Shown here piece after piece: positions 28,862-40,951 of a DNA stretch of 64,000 nucleotides. The stretch comes from Lysobacterales bacterium (GTDB lineage Bacteria; Pseudomonadota; Gammaproteobacteria; Xanthomonadales; SZUA-5), in contig JALHMH010000003.1 of the NCBI GenBank assembly GCA_022844165.1, positions 96,001-160,000 on the forward strand, written 5' to 3'. The stretch's first letter is position 1, and each line of letters begins with the position of its first letter. The notes beneath the pieces were generated by a model. The model worked only from the letters and a program-made list of their open reading frames with translations. It was not told where the DNA came from and did not search any database. Made by a program: the position numbers and the translations under genes.

Positions 28862-30364
28862 TTATTTCACTCCATGCATCAGTTTGTTGAGCAAGGGCGC
28901 GGTGAAGAAATACAGCGCACCGATGATCAGGCCGATCCAAAACAGCTGCATGAAGACGGCGCTATATTGCAAGATGCCGCTGGCTTCGCCATGGCCGCCA
29001 CCGCCGCCGCCCGTGGCGAAGTACGAGATCACGCCGGCCGCGTAATTGCCGCCAGCGATCGCCAGGAACCAGCCGCCCATCGCCAGCCCCGTTTCTTCTG
29101 GCCGCGCCAGCTTCGTCACCATCGATAGTCCGATCGGCGACAAACACAGTTCGGCGAGCGTGTGGATGAGATAGCACAGGGTCAACATGGTCCAGGAAAT
29201 CTTGCCGTTCGCATCCTGCATATTTCCAATAGCAAACACCAGGATGTAGAAGCCAACGGCGACGCCGACGAGTCCAAGCGCAAATTTGCGCGGAATGGAC
29301 GGGTTGACATTGGAACGATCCAGCGCCGGCCACATCATGGCAAACACCGGCGCGAACATGATGATGAAAATCGCGTTCACCGACTGGAAGATGGTGAAAG
29401 CGGGCGTCCAGCCGAAAATGGTGGGCATGTTCACATAGTCGCGCGCCAGGAAGTTCAGCGACGATCCTGCCTGTTCGAACAGCGCCCAGAACAAGGAACA
29501 GGCCAGGAACAGCGACAGCATGGCGATGTAACGATGCAACTGCTCTTTGCTGCCGCTCTTGATGCCGCTGTAGACAAACCAGACGATCATGGCGGCCATC
29601 ATCACCAGCAAAAGCGTGCCGAGGATCTCGCTCTGGTCGAGCAGGAAGTACACCGGCACAACCATCAACACGGCTGCAATCAGCACTTGTACCAGGGGCA
29701 TCGGGCCCTCTTTGCCCTTAGGTGCCGTGCCAACATGACCCAACCAGGCGCGCAGACCATGAAACACCGCAAGTCCGAGCACCATTCCGACACCAGCGGT
29801 GAGAAATCCCCAGCGGTAGCCATACTTCTCGCCAATCAACCCTGCGCAGACGATGGGCGCCAGTGCGGCGCCCGCATTGATGCCCATGTAGAAGATCGTG
29901 AAACCGGAATCGCGACGCACATCGGCGGGCGCATAAAGCTTGCCTACCATTGTTGAGATATTCGGCTTGAACATGCCGTTGCCGACAATGACCACGGCCA
30001 GGCCCATCAAAAATGTGGGCAAGTCGGGCGCCATCAGCATGAACATGCCCACCGACATCATCGCGCCGCCGAGCATGATCGAGCGCTGGTAACCGAGAAT
30101 GCGATCGGCGACAAACCCACCGAGAATGCCGGTCATGTACACCATTGATGTGAAGCCGCCATAGGTCAAACTGGCTTGCGCGTCTGCCTGATCGCCCATA
30201 TGCGCAAAAAACGCCGCCGCAACGTGTACCGCCAGCATGGCGCGCATGCCGTAGAACATGAACCTTTCCCAGAACTCGGACATGAACAAGTTCCAGAGCG
30301 CTTTGGGATGCCCCAGAACTTCGCCGGGCGGCGGTGGGATGAACTGGTTGGGCACGCCGCTCAT
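28862..30364 (-). CDS. POT/PTR-family proton-dependent oligopeptide transporter
   Basis: EFWERFMFYGMR, GNGMFKPN, FYMGINAG, ELCLSPIGLS. Confidence 0.95.
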   Translation of the reverse strand: MSGVPNQFIPPPPGEVLGHPKALWNLFMSEFWERFMFYGMRAMLAVHVAAAFFAHMGDQADAQASLTYGGFTSMVYMTGILGGFVADRILGYQRSIMLGGAMMSVGMFMLMAPDLPTFLMGLAVVIVGNGMFKPNISTMVGKLYAPADVRRDSGFTIFYMGINAGAALAPIVCAGLIGEKYGYRWGFLTAGVGMVLGLAVFHGLRAWLGHVGTAPKGKEGPMPLVQVLIAAVLMVVPVYFLLDQSEILGTLLLVMMAAMIVWFVYSGIKSGSKEQLHRYIAMLSLFLACSLFWALFEQAGSSLNFLARDYVNMPTIFGWTPAFTIFQSVNAIFIIMFAPVFAMMWPALDRSNVNPSIPRKFALGLVGVAVGFYILVFAIGNMQDANGKISWTMLTLCYLIHTLAELCLSPIGLSMVTKLARPEETGLAMGGWFLAIAGGNYAAGVISYFATGGGGGGHGEASGILQYSAVFMQLFWIGLIIGALYFFTAPLLNKLMHGVK

Positions 30365-30564
30365 GGCAATCTCCGGGTTCAGATGGCGCGACGAACCCGG
30401 CGCCGAATCGGGCCGCGCACATCTAGCGGAGTGTGATGGCCGCGTCAACTGCTGGTGATGGAAGAGTGTTGGTTCGGCGCATCGCGGCATCGCGTATCTT
30501 TCGGCTGTTGGTTCCTACGAACCGCGCCCTGCCAATTGCAACCATCGATTCATCACCAACGAAC

Positions 30565-32226
30565 ATGCTCGGCATCGATCTCGGCACTACCAATTCGCTG
30601 GCGGCGGTTTTCGTCGATGGCCGAACCCAACTGATCCAGAACACACTCGGCCACGTGATGACGCCATCGGCCGTCAGCGTCGATGCATCGGGCACGGTCC
30701 TGGTGGGCCTGGCCGCCCGCGAGCGGCACGCCACGGCGCCGCAAGACACGGCATTGGCGTTCAAGCGTTACATGGGCACAGATCATGTGGTGAAACTCCA
30801 GGGTCAGAAGTTTCGCAGCGAGGAGCTATCGGCGCTGGTGTTGCGTGCGCTCAAGGCCGACGCCGAAGCACATCTGGGCCATACCGTCGAAGAGGCGGTG
30901 ATTACGGTACCGGCGTACTTCAACCAGTTGCAGCGCAAGGCCACCCAGACGGCAGCGACGCTGGCGGGTTTGAAAGTGGCGCGACTGCTGAACGAACCCA
31001 CCGCCGCCGGGCTGGCGTACGGTTTGCAAGAGCGAGCCGACCACACCACGTTTCTGGTGTTCGATTTGGGCGGCGGCACCTTCGACGTGTCGGTGCTCGA
31101 GTACTTCGACGGGGTTGTGCAGGTGCGCGCGAGCGCCGGCGATACGCGACTGGGGGGCGAAGATTTCGTGCGCGCGCTGCTCGACAGCGCGTTGTCGACA
31201 GCGAAGCTGAGCGCTGTGCACAAAGAAAAACTGCGCAGCAACGGGCATGCGCTCCGCGCGGCAGAACAAGCCAAACGCGATTTGAGCGATCGCGTCGAGG
31301 CGATCTTGCAACTGCCCGGCGGCGACCCGCAAACCATCAGCCGCGAGGCCTTCGAGGCGGCGTGCAGCGAGCTGATGCTGCGGCTGCGCCGACCGATCGA
31401 ACGCGCGCTTGGCGACGCTCGCCTGAACTCTGGAGAACTCGGTGAAATCGTTCTGGTCGGCGGCGCGACGCGCATGCCAATGATCCGTCATGCGGTCACG
31501 CGCCTCTTTGGCAAACTGCCGTTGCGCACGATCAATCCGGACGAGACGATCGCGCGCGGTGCGGCGATCCAGGCAGCGTTGCTGTCGCGAGACGCGGCGC
31601 TGGAAGAGGTGGTGCTCACTGACGTCATGCCGTACTCACTCGGCCTCGGTATCGTCGACGACCGCTTTTCGCCGATCATCGAGCGCAACATGCCGGTGCC
31701 AGTGTCGCGCGTCGGTCGTTACCACACGATTCGAGATCACCAGACGCAGCTGGATCTGGACATTTGCCAAGGCGAATCGCCCATCGCGAGCGAAAATTTG
31801 CAGCTACAGCGCGTGAGCGTGAGCGTGCCCTCATTGCCCAAAGGCGAAGCGATGGTCGACGTGCGCTTCACCTACGATGCCAATGGGCTGCTGGTGGTTG
31901 ACGTGGCGGATGTGCGGACTGGCGAAGTGACGAATGTGGTCATCCAACAGCGCGAACATGAGCTGGTTGGTGAGGCACTGGCGCAAGCGCTCAAGGCACT
32001 CGACCAGATCAAAGTCCATCCGCGCGAGCAACAGGAGAATGCGGTGCTCCTGGAACGCTGCAAACGTCTGTATGAGGATCGCCTTGGACAAGAGCGTTTG
32101 CAGATCCAGGAAGCGCTCATGGCTTTCCAAAACGCGCTCGATGGCCAGGACCCCGAGATCATCGAGCGTGTGCGTGGCCAGGTGAAGAAGTTCCTTGACG
32201 AGATCGATCGGGGTTTCGTGCTGTGA
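30565..32226 (+). CDS. hscC: Hsp70-family chaperone HscC (Hsc62)
   Basis: [47 protein letters not shown]; short HscC-type C-terminus (LKVHPRE-like). Confidence 0.88.
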   Translation: MLGIDLGTTNSLAAVFVDGRTQLIQNTLGHVMTPSAVSVDASGTVLVGLAARERHATAPQDTALAFKRYMGTDHVVKLQGQKFRSEELSALVLRALKADAEAHLGHTVEEAVITVPAYFNQLQRKATQTAATLAGLKVARLLNEPTAAGLAYGLQERADHTTFLVFDLGGGTFDVSVLEYFDGVVQVRASAGDTRLGGEDFVRALLDSALSTAKLSAVHKEKLRSNGHALRAAEQAKRDLSDRVEAILQLPGGDPQTISREAFEAACSELMLRLRRPIERALGDARLNSGELGEIVLVGGATRMPMIRHAVTRLFGKLPLRTINPDETIARGAAIQAALLSRDAALEEVVLTDVMPYSLGLGIVDDRFSPIIERNMPVPVSRVGRYHTIRDHQTQLDLDICQGESPIASENLQLQRVSVSVPSLPKGEAMVDVRFTYDANGLLVVDVADVRTGEVTNVVIQQREHELVGEALAQALKALDQIKVHPREQQENAVLLERCKRLYEDRLGQERLQIQEALMAFQNALDGQDPEIIERVRGQVKKFLDEIDRGFVL

Positions 32227-33977
32227 ACGGCTGGCCTTGGTCGGTGCTTCACTGCCCGGCGACCGCCGATGCGCTTGCGATCAAACGCGCCTATGCGAAG
32301 CAGCTGAAAACGACTCGCCCGGATGATGATCCGGAGGGTTATCAACAGCTGCGTCAGGCCTACGAGGTTGCGCTGGAGCGAGCGCACCAGATTGCGGCGC
32401 AGGCGGCGGACGCAAATGAGCGTGCCCCAGATCTGGCGCAACGCGTCGACTCAGCAACCGCCGATGCCAGGACGGCAGTCGCCACCGAGGCGCTTGAGCG
32501 GGTGTCGTCCGGTGACTCAGCTCCAGTGGCGACGCAAACTGCGCCCAGTGAGTTGGACTCGCCAGCAGCAGATGCTACGCCGAAAGCTCGGACGCAAGGG
32601 CCGCCGCGCCGGATGCCACAGGACACCGCGTCATATCCGGCGCCGGTGGATCGCTCTGCCATCGAGGACTTGCCTGAACTGATCGCTCGCATCCGCACAA
32701 TGCTGGCAGCGGTCGATCGCATCGAGGCGGCAGACTTGCCTCAATGGTGGAAGCGCCTGGAGCCGGATCTTGCACTGGTACCACTGGCGCATCGCGACGC
32801 GCTGTCGCGGCAGATGGCGCAGTTCGTCAACGAGCGGACTGGGTTTCCGGATTGGTTGATAGAGCGCGTGGCACGTTCTTTCGAATGGGAGCGAGACTTC
32901 CGTCGTTCACGCGACATCGAGGATTTGCCGGCGCTTCGCGAGCGCCTGGCCGCCATCCGGGCAACCGCCCGCGAGCAAGAGCGGGCGAACTGGAGGTTGG
33001 GTCATATTGATCGCGCTCTGGCGACGGGTCGTCCGTACCTTGCCTTTCTGATCGCGATGCTTTTCGCACCGCGTCTAAACGAACAGTTCGACTCGATAGA
33101 AGATCTTCGTTGGGGGATGCGCTTCGGCGCGCGCCGCTCCCGTGTGGGCGAGGTGCTTGAACGCGTTCGCCTCGCGCACCTGGGCCTGGCCGTAGTGGTG
33201 TTGTTGTTCGCGACACAGATCGGAGGGCCAGGGAGCGCAGCCTCAATGCCGAAGGCTGCCCCGTTTTTGGTCTTTGTCGGCGTCAGTCTGTTGGCATGGG
33301 CCTACATGTTGTTCGACCTCACCGTGCCATCCCTTCCAAAGCGCGTGGCAGACGCATGGCGTGTCAGATTCTCCGTGGGTGGAATCGCTGCGCTGGCCGC
33401 CCTTTTTCTGGGTTGGATGCTGCCAGACCAGCGCGCAGTGGTGGCTTCTCTTGTCGTTGCCTCACTTTGGTTCACGCATACTGGAGCGCGTTGGCGACCG
33501 TTGTGGCTGCCGCTGGTGTTCGCTCCGTGCCTTGCAGGTTCTGCGCTTGGCATCGAGGTGCCGGCGTGGATGATCGGCACGCCCGGAGCGATGGTCTTTT
33601 TCGCTCATTGGGCACTTTCCTGGCGATATCAGGAGACGATCGGGATATTTGGACTTGGCTTGTCTGATCTGAAGTTCGGGTGGCCGACCGTCATTTTCTT
33701 TATCATCGGATTCAAGATCGTTGTTCCTGTGCTGCTGGCCGTGGGCACCCTGGTTTTGCCGCTCACCGCTGCCGTCCAGGCACGGACCTTTGGCAACCAC
33801 TACGCGGTATTGTTACTGGCTTTTGCCACGGCACTGACCGTCATGACCGCGTCTGCCGATGCCGTGTTCCCGGTCTGGCTTGGCTGCCTGGGGTTCTGCC
33901 TGATCGCGGGCTTGATTCTCGTTCGGACGGCCGCAATCGCCGCCGCGAAACTCATCGCCTGGCGGCTGCAATCTTAA
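32223..33977 (+). CDS. J-domain co-chaperone with multi-pass membrane C-terminus (HscC partner)
   Basis: PWSVL...[29 protein letters not shown]; GTGA overlap with hscC; hydrophobic C-terminal half. Confidence 0.8.
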   Translation: MNGWPWSVLHCPATADALAIKRAYAKQLKTTRPDDDPEGYQQLRQAYEVALERAHQIAAQAADANERAPDLAQRVDSATADARTAVATEALERVSSGDSAPVATQTAPSELDSPAADATPKARTQGPPRRMPQDTASYPAPVDRSAIEDLPELIARIRTMLAAVDRIEAADLPQWWKRLEPDLALVPLAHRDALSRQMAQFVNERTGFPDWLIERVARSFEWERDFRRSRDIEDLPALRERLAAIRATAREQERANWRLGHIDRALATGRPYLAFLIAMLFAPRLNEQFDSIEDLRWGMRFGARRSRVGEVLERVRLAHLGLAVVVLLFATQIGGPGSAASMPKAAPFLVFVGVSLLAWAYMLFDLTVPSLPKRVADAWRVRFSVGGIAALAALFLGWMLPDQRAVVASLVVASLWFTHTGARWRPLWLPLVFAPCLAGSALGIEVPAWMIGTPGAMVFFAHWALSWRYQETIGIFGLGLSDLKFGWPTVIFFIIGFKIVVPVLLAVGTLVLPLTAAVQARTFGNHYAVLLLAFATALTVMTASADAVFPVWLGCLGFCLIAGLILVRTAAIAAAKLIAWRLQS

Positions 33978-34145
33978 CCCGCCTAATCCATGAGGTCTCG
34001 AGGAATTGGCCTGATTTCGTCGCTTCGCCGAGGAGCGCATCGAGAGGGTTGTAATGACAAACTAAGCGCAGCGACAAAGTCATTCATAGCGCCGCCAGCC
34101 CACTTTGTGCATCCTTCACCGCGTCGCTCAATGGAGGGCCGTCAA

Positions 34146-34826
34146 ATGCGTTTCGACATGCGCAGCTGGGTGTTGTTGATTCTGTTGGCGCTGCCGCTGA
34201 GCGCGCTCGCCGGTGCGAAAGAGGAAAAACGCGCGCAAGATGCGGTCGCGGTTTTGCGCGAAGTACAATCGGTTCCGGACATCGAAATTCCACGCTCGCT
34301 GCTATCGAAGGCCTACGCGATCGCCGTGATTCCCGATGTGGTCAAAGTCGGCCTTGTCGTTGGCGGCCGCCGCGGTAAAGGGCTGATCTCGGTGCGCCAG
34401 AGCGATGGCACCTGGTCGAACCCGGCGTATATCGCGATTACCGGCGGCAGCTTCGGTTTTCAAGCGGGCGTGCAGTCGGCCGACATCATTCTGGTGTTCC
34501 GCACGCAGCGTGGCGTCGACAATCTGGTGTCCGGCAAGTTTACGCTTGGCGCCGACGCCTCCGTCGCCGCGGGGCCCGTTGGGCGTCAGGCATCGGCATC
34601 CACCGACATCGAGTTTAAAGCTGAGATCCTGGCCTATGCGCGCACCCGCGGGCTCTTCGCCGGCATTGCGCTCGACGGGTCGGCGCTGTCGATCGATTAC
34701 GATGCGATCGAACGGGTATACGGCAAGGGCACACGTCCCCGAGCCTTGTTCGAAGGTCGCGTCAAAGGCGCACCGACGTTTATTGTCGACTTCCGGGATC
34801 AGTTGGAAGAGCAAACCGCGCGTTGA
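34146..34826 (+). CDS. YSC84/SYLF lipid-binding domain protein
   Basis: GGRRGKG, WSNP, GGSFGFQAG, AAGPVGR, RGLFAG.ALDG; signal peptide. Confidence 0.9.
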   Translation: MRFDMRSWVLLILLALPLSALAGAKEEKRAQDAVAVLREVQSVPDIEIPRSLLSKAYAIAVIPDVVKVGLVVGGRRGKGLISVRQSDGTWSNPAYIAITGGSFGFQAGVQSADIILVFRTQRGVDNLVSGKFTLGADASVAAGPVGRQASASTDIEFKAEILAYARTRGLFAGIALDGSALSIDYDAIERVYGKGTRPRALFEGRVKGAPTFIVDFRDQLEEQTAR

Positions 34827-34882
34827 CGATTGCATCAAGAACTCAACCACCTACGAATGACCCACCAACCCAGAACTCGAAA

Positions 34883-36151
34883 ATGCACCTGATCGACGAC
34901 CTCCAATGGCGCGGACTGCTGGCCGACTGCACCGACCTCAGAGCATTGCGTGAGCGCATGGATCAAGGACCGATCACGCTGTATTGCGGCTTCGATCCCA
35001 CGGGCGACTCGCTGCATGTGGGCCACCTGATGGGTCAGCTGATGTTGCGCCGCTTTCAGCGCGCCGGGCATATCCCGATCGCACTCGCCGGGGGCGCCAC
35101 CGGCATGATCGGCGATCCATCGGGCAAGTCGGCCGAACGCAACTTGTTGAGCCGCGACCAGCTGCTGCATAACGTCGAGTGCATCAAAGCGCAGCTAACG
35201 CGTCTGCTCGACTTCGACGCACCATTCAACCCGGCGCAGCTGGTCGATAACTACGATTGGACGGCGCCGATCACGGTGCTGGAATTTCTGCGAGATGTCG
35301 GCAAACACTTTTCGCTGACCGCGATGTTGGCGAAGGACTCGGTGCGCTCGCGCATGGAGGCCGAGAGCGGCATCAGCTACACGGAATTCAGCTATCAGTT
35401 GCTGCAAAGCTACGACTTTTATCACCTCCGGTCCGCGCGCCATTGCGAGCTGCAAATCGGAGGATCGGATCAGTGGGGTAACATCACCGCCGGCGTCGAT
35501 TTTACGCGCCGCAAGTTGGGCGCCACGGTGTACGGCTGGACCTTCCCGCTGATCACCAAAGCCGATGGCAGCAAGTTCGGCAAGACCGAATCCGGCGCTG
35601 TCTGGCTCGATCCGGCCAAGACCAGTCCGTATCGCTTCTATCAGTTTTTCCTGAACACGGAAGACGCAAAAATCAGTGAGTATCTGCGCAAGTTCACCTT
35701 CTTGACGCGCGAGGACATCGAGACGCTGGAAGCGCAGCAGGCGGCCAACCCAGGCGCGCGCGAAGCGCAACGGGCATTGGCGCGCGAGGTGACCACAATG
35801 GTGCACGGTGCGTCGGCGGTGGAATCCGCACAACGCGCCAGCGCGATCTTGTTCGGTGCCGAATTGGGTGATATCGATGCAGCTACTTTCCGCGATGTCG
35901 TTGGCGAAGTACCCACCTATCCACTGGCGCGCAACGCGTTCGATGGCGGTTCGCTCATCGATTTATTGCTCGAAGCGAAGCTGGCGCCGTCCAAGAGTCA
36001 GGCGCGCAAAGACATCGAGAGTGGCGGCGTGTATCTGAATAACCGTCGCGCCGATGTTTCGCGCCTCGTCGTATCGGACGACCTGTTGTTCGGACGTTAC
36101 CTGCTCCTGCGCAAAGGCAAAAAGAGCTACGCAGTATTGGACGTGGCATGA
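34883..36151 (+). CDS. tyrS: Tyrosine--tRNA ligase (E. coli-type subfamily)
   Basis: YCGFDPTGDSLHVGH, QIGGSDQWGN, KFGKT, C-terminal S4 with LRKGKK. Confidence 0.97.
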   Translation: MHLIDDLQWRGLLADCTDLRALRERMDQGPITLYCGFDPTGDSLHVGHLMGQLMLRRFQRAGHIPIALAGGATGMIGDPSGKSAERNLLSRDQLLHNVECIKAQLTRLLDFDAPFNPAQLVDNYDWTAPITVLEFLRDVGKHFSLTAMLAKDSVRSRMEAESGISYTEFSYQLLQSYDFYHLRSARHCELQIGGSDQWGNITAGVDFTRRKLGATVYGWTFPLITKADGSKFGKTESGAVWLDPAKTSPYRFYQFFLNTEDAKISEYLRKFTFLTREDIETLEAQQAANPGAREAQRALAREVTTMVHGASAVESAQRASAILFGAELGDIDAATFRDVVGEVPTYPLARNAFDGGSLIDLLLEAKLAPSKSQARKDIESGGVYLNNRRADVSRLVVSDDLLFGRYLLLRKGKKSYAVLDVA

Positions 36152-36591
36152 CGTTAGTTTGGACGCAGCACCCGTTTGGCGACTTGGCGATCGAGCGCTG
36201 GTACGCAATCAGTCAGGCCCGAACGGCGGTTTTCATCGTCGAGCAGAACTGCCCGTATCAGGACCTCGACGGCAAGGACAGATATTGCCAGCACCTGTGT
36301 GGATGGGCCGGCGAGCAACTCGCGGCCTATTTGCGAATCGTGCCGCCGGGTGTGTCTTACCCAGAAGCGTCGTTGGGTCGAGTGTTAACCACAGCCGGCT
36401 TTCGCCGCGGCGGCTATGGCCGGCTGTTGCTGGCCGAGGGCATCGCCCGCTGCGCACAACGCCATCACGGTCCGATCCGCATCGGCGCACAGCGGTATCT
36501 CGAAGCGTTTTACAGTCGTTTCGGCTTCCGCACGGTATCCGAGCCCTACGACGAAGATGGCATTGAACACGTGCTGATGTTGCGCAGCTGA
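36148..36591 (+). CDS. ElaA-like GNAT acetyltransferase
   Basis: VFIVEQNCPYQDLDGKD, GRV, AQRYL..FY, YDEDGIEH. Confidence 0.9.
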   Translation: MTLVWTQHPFGDLAIERWYAISQARTAVFIVEQNCPYQDLDGKDRYCQHLCGWAGEQLAAYLRIVPPGVSYPEASLGRVLTTAGFRRGGYGRLLLAEGIARCAQRHHGPIRIGAQRYLEAFYSRFGFRTVSEPYDEDGIEHVLMLRS

Positions 36592-36706
36592 GCTGGAAAC
36601 AGGCCGCTAGACAAACGCCTGGATCGCACCGCCCGATCGTTCTGGGAGCGCCCATAGTGCGGCTCCGCGGCATATTCTAACCCGGACATTTCATGAGGGA
36701 ACGCGA

Positions 36707-37138
36707 ATGGTTGCGATGAGCGGAATTTTTCGATCGGCGTCGATCGAGCAACTCAACGCGGCCGGCCGCAACACGCTCGCCGAAGCTCTGGGCATCGAGA
36801 TCACCGAAATCGGCGCGGATTTCGTCCGTGGCAGGATGCCCGTCGATCGGCGTACCTTGCAGCCCTACGGCCTGCTGCATGGCGGCGCTTCGGTCGCGCT
36901 GGCGGAGACGCTGGGCAGCCTCGGTGGTGCGCTTGCGGCGCCCGATGGCACCCAGGTGGTTGGGCTGGAGATCAACGCCAATCACCTGCGCGGCAAGCGC
37001 GAGGGGTGGGTCACAGGCACCGCCCGTCCAATGCACCTTGGCCGCACAACGCAGGTCTGGGAGATCCGCATCGAAGACGACACGCAGGCGTTGGTCTGCA
37101 CTTCGCGACTCACACTGGCAGTGGTGCGACGCGGATGA
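36707..37138 (+). CDS. Hotdog-fold acyl-CoA thioesterase (YdiI/EntH/PaaI family)
   Basis: QPYGLLHGGAS..LAE, GLEINANH, HLGRTTQVW. Confidence 0.9.
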   Translation: MVAMSGIFRSASIEQLNAAGRNTLAEALGIEITEIGADFVRGRMPVDRRTLQPYGLLHGGASVALAETLGSLGGALAAPDGTQVVGLEINANHLRGKREGWVTGTARPMHLGRTTQVWEIRIEDDTQALVCTSRLTLAVVRRG

Positions 37139-37620
37139 GCACGCCGATCGAGATTATCTGCTGGCAGCCATCGCTGGCGCACGCCTTTCACGATATCAAC
37201 GAGGCCTGGATATCCGAGATGTTCAGTCTCGAGGATCATGACCGCGAGGTACTCGAAGATCCACAGTGTTTCATCATCGATCGCGGCGGCGAAGTGCTAT
37301 TCGCCAGACGTGGTGCGGGTGTTGTCGGCACGTGCGCGCTGATGCCCACGGACGATGGTGCAATCGAGTTGACCAAGATGGGTGTTGTCCCAGGCGCGCG
37401 TGGCCAGGGCGTGGGCGAATCCTTGCTGGTCGCGGCACTCGAGCGCGCACGGTCGTTGCCGCAGCGGCCGCTGTTTCTGCTCACCAACCGGCGTTGCGCA
37501 AGTGCAATTCGCTTATACGAGAAACTGGGTTTCGCCCATGACCGCGACATCATGTCACGTTACGGGGCCAGTTATGCCCGGTGCGACGTTGCGATGCGCT
37601 ATCTGGAAAGCAACGCGTGA
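37135..37620 (+). CDS. GNAT-family N-acetyltransferase
   Basis: IN.AWI..MF.LE..D, ELTKMGV, RGQGVG, AIRLYEKLGF. Confidence 0.85.
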   Translation: MSTPIEIICWQPSLAHAFHDINEAWISEMFSLEDHDREVLEDPQCFIIDRGGEVLFARRGAGVVGTCALMPTDDGAIELTKMGVVPGARGQGVGESLLVAALERARSLPQRPLFLLTNRRCASAIRLYEKLGFAHDRDIMSRYGASYARCDVAMRYLESNA

Positions 37621-38897
37621 GTCGTTGGCCGGGCTGGCTTTTTATGCTCTCGACGGCCGTCTTGAGTGGCGCGGTTTTGGCGCAGGCATTGAACGGATGG
37701 CTGTTGGTCCTGGCAGCCGCGATGACGGCGTCAATCTTCGGCTGGCTTGCATGGCGTCGCGAGAGGGCGCCTGGAAGTGAGCACTTGCGCGCATTGGCGA
37801 CCTTGGTCGCCGCTTGGAAAGACGCCGACTTTTCGACTTCGATCAGAGTACCGGAGAATGCTGACCTTGCGGAATTGACGCGCACACTGAACGCACTGGG
37901 CAACGAACTTCGCGATGAGCGCCAGCGGCTGATTCAACGCGAGTTGCTGCTCGATACGGTCGTGCAGAACACGCCGACCGCCCTGTATCTGACCGATTCG
38001 CGTGAGCGTGTGGTCTATGCCAACGTCGCCGCACGCGAGCTGTTCGGTGCCAACAGCAGACTTGAGGGGTTAGCCGTATCGGAACTGATCGGCCGGCTGC
38101 CCGGCGAGCTGGCCGATTTGATGCATCGCGGGCAAGATGGCCTGATCACCTTGCCGACGGACGGCGAAGAAGAGGTCTTTCACGTCACCCGACGTGGCTT
38201 TGAATTGCACGGGCGGCCGCATACGCTGGTGCTGGTGCGGCGTCTGACGCGCGAATTGGCGCGACAAGAAGTGGCGACATGGAAAAAAGTGATCCGCGTC
38301 ATCAGTCACGAAATCAACAATGCCCTGGGGCCGATCGCATCGATGGCGCATTCCGGCAGTGTGTATGTCGAGCGCGGCGATAAAACGCGCTTAAAACAGG
38401 TGTTTGCGGCGATCGCCGAGCGCGCGCGGCATCTGGAGGCATTTATCGGCGGGTATGCGCGATTTGCGCGATTGCCAGCACCGATCCACGCGACAGCGTA
38501 TTGGGACAATGTGCTGCGTACGGTGGCGGAATCCGAACAAGTCGCCATCGTTGCGCCTTTGCCCGATGCGCCTGTACGGCTGGACCAGGCGCAGATCGAA
38601 CAGGTGCTGATCAATCTGGTCAAGAACGCCATCGAAGCCGGCTCGGCGCGCGAAGCGATCGAAATCGAAGTTGTCGATCTTGGCCCGCAGTTCAGGCTGC
38701 AATTGCGCGATCGAGGTTCCGGGATGAGCGAGGCGGTGCTATCGCAAGCGCTTTTGCCGTTTTATTCGACGAAGCGCACCGGTACCGGCTTGGGATTGGC
38801 GTTGGCGCGCGAGGTCATCGAAGCACACGGCGGTCGCATTCGCCTGTCGAATCGCGAAGGTGGCGGCTTGATTGTCAGCATTTGGCTACCCAAGTAG
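37617..38897 (+). CDS. PAS-domain sensor histidine kinase
   Basis: WKKVIRVISHEINN, QVLINLVKNA, GTGLGLAL. Confidence 0.9.
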   Translation: MSRWPGWLFMLSTAVLSGAVLAQALNGWLLVLAAAMTASIFGWLAWRRERAPGSEHLRALATLVAAWKDADFSTSIRVPENADLAELTRTLNALGNELRDERQRLIQRELLLDTVVQNTPTALYLTDSRERVVYANVAARELFGANSRLEGLAVSELIGRLPGELADLMHRGQDGLITLPTDGEEEVFHVTRRGFELHGRPHTLVLVRRLTRELARQEVATWKKVIRVISHEINNALGPIASMAHSGSVYVERGDKTRLKQVFAAIAERARHLEAFIGGYARFARLPAPIHATAYWDNVLRTVAESEQVAIVAPLPDAPVRLDQAQIEQVLINLVKNAIEAGSAREAIEIEVVDLGPQFRLQLRDRGSGMSEAVLSQALLPFYSTKRTGTGLGLALAREVIEAHGGRIRLSNREGGGLIVSIWLPK

Positions 38898-38979
38898 CGC
38901 ACATTGTCCAGATGCCCGATTTCGACAGTGCGCACCGATGGTGTATTAAGAGCTGCGGAACGATCGATCGAGTATTGCC

Positions 38980-40932
<1,953 letters not shown>

Positions 40933-40951
40933 GGAGCCCGGTCGTCGGCCG

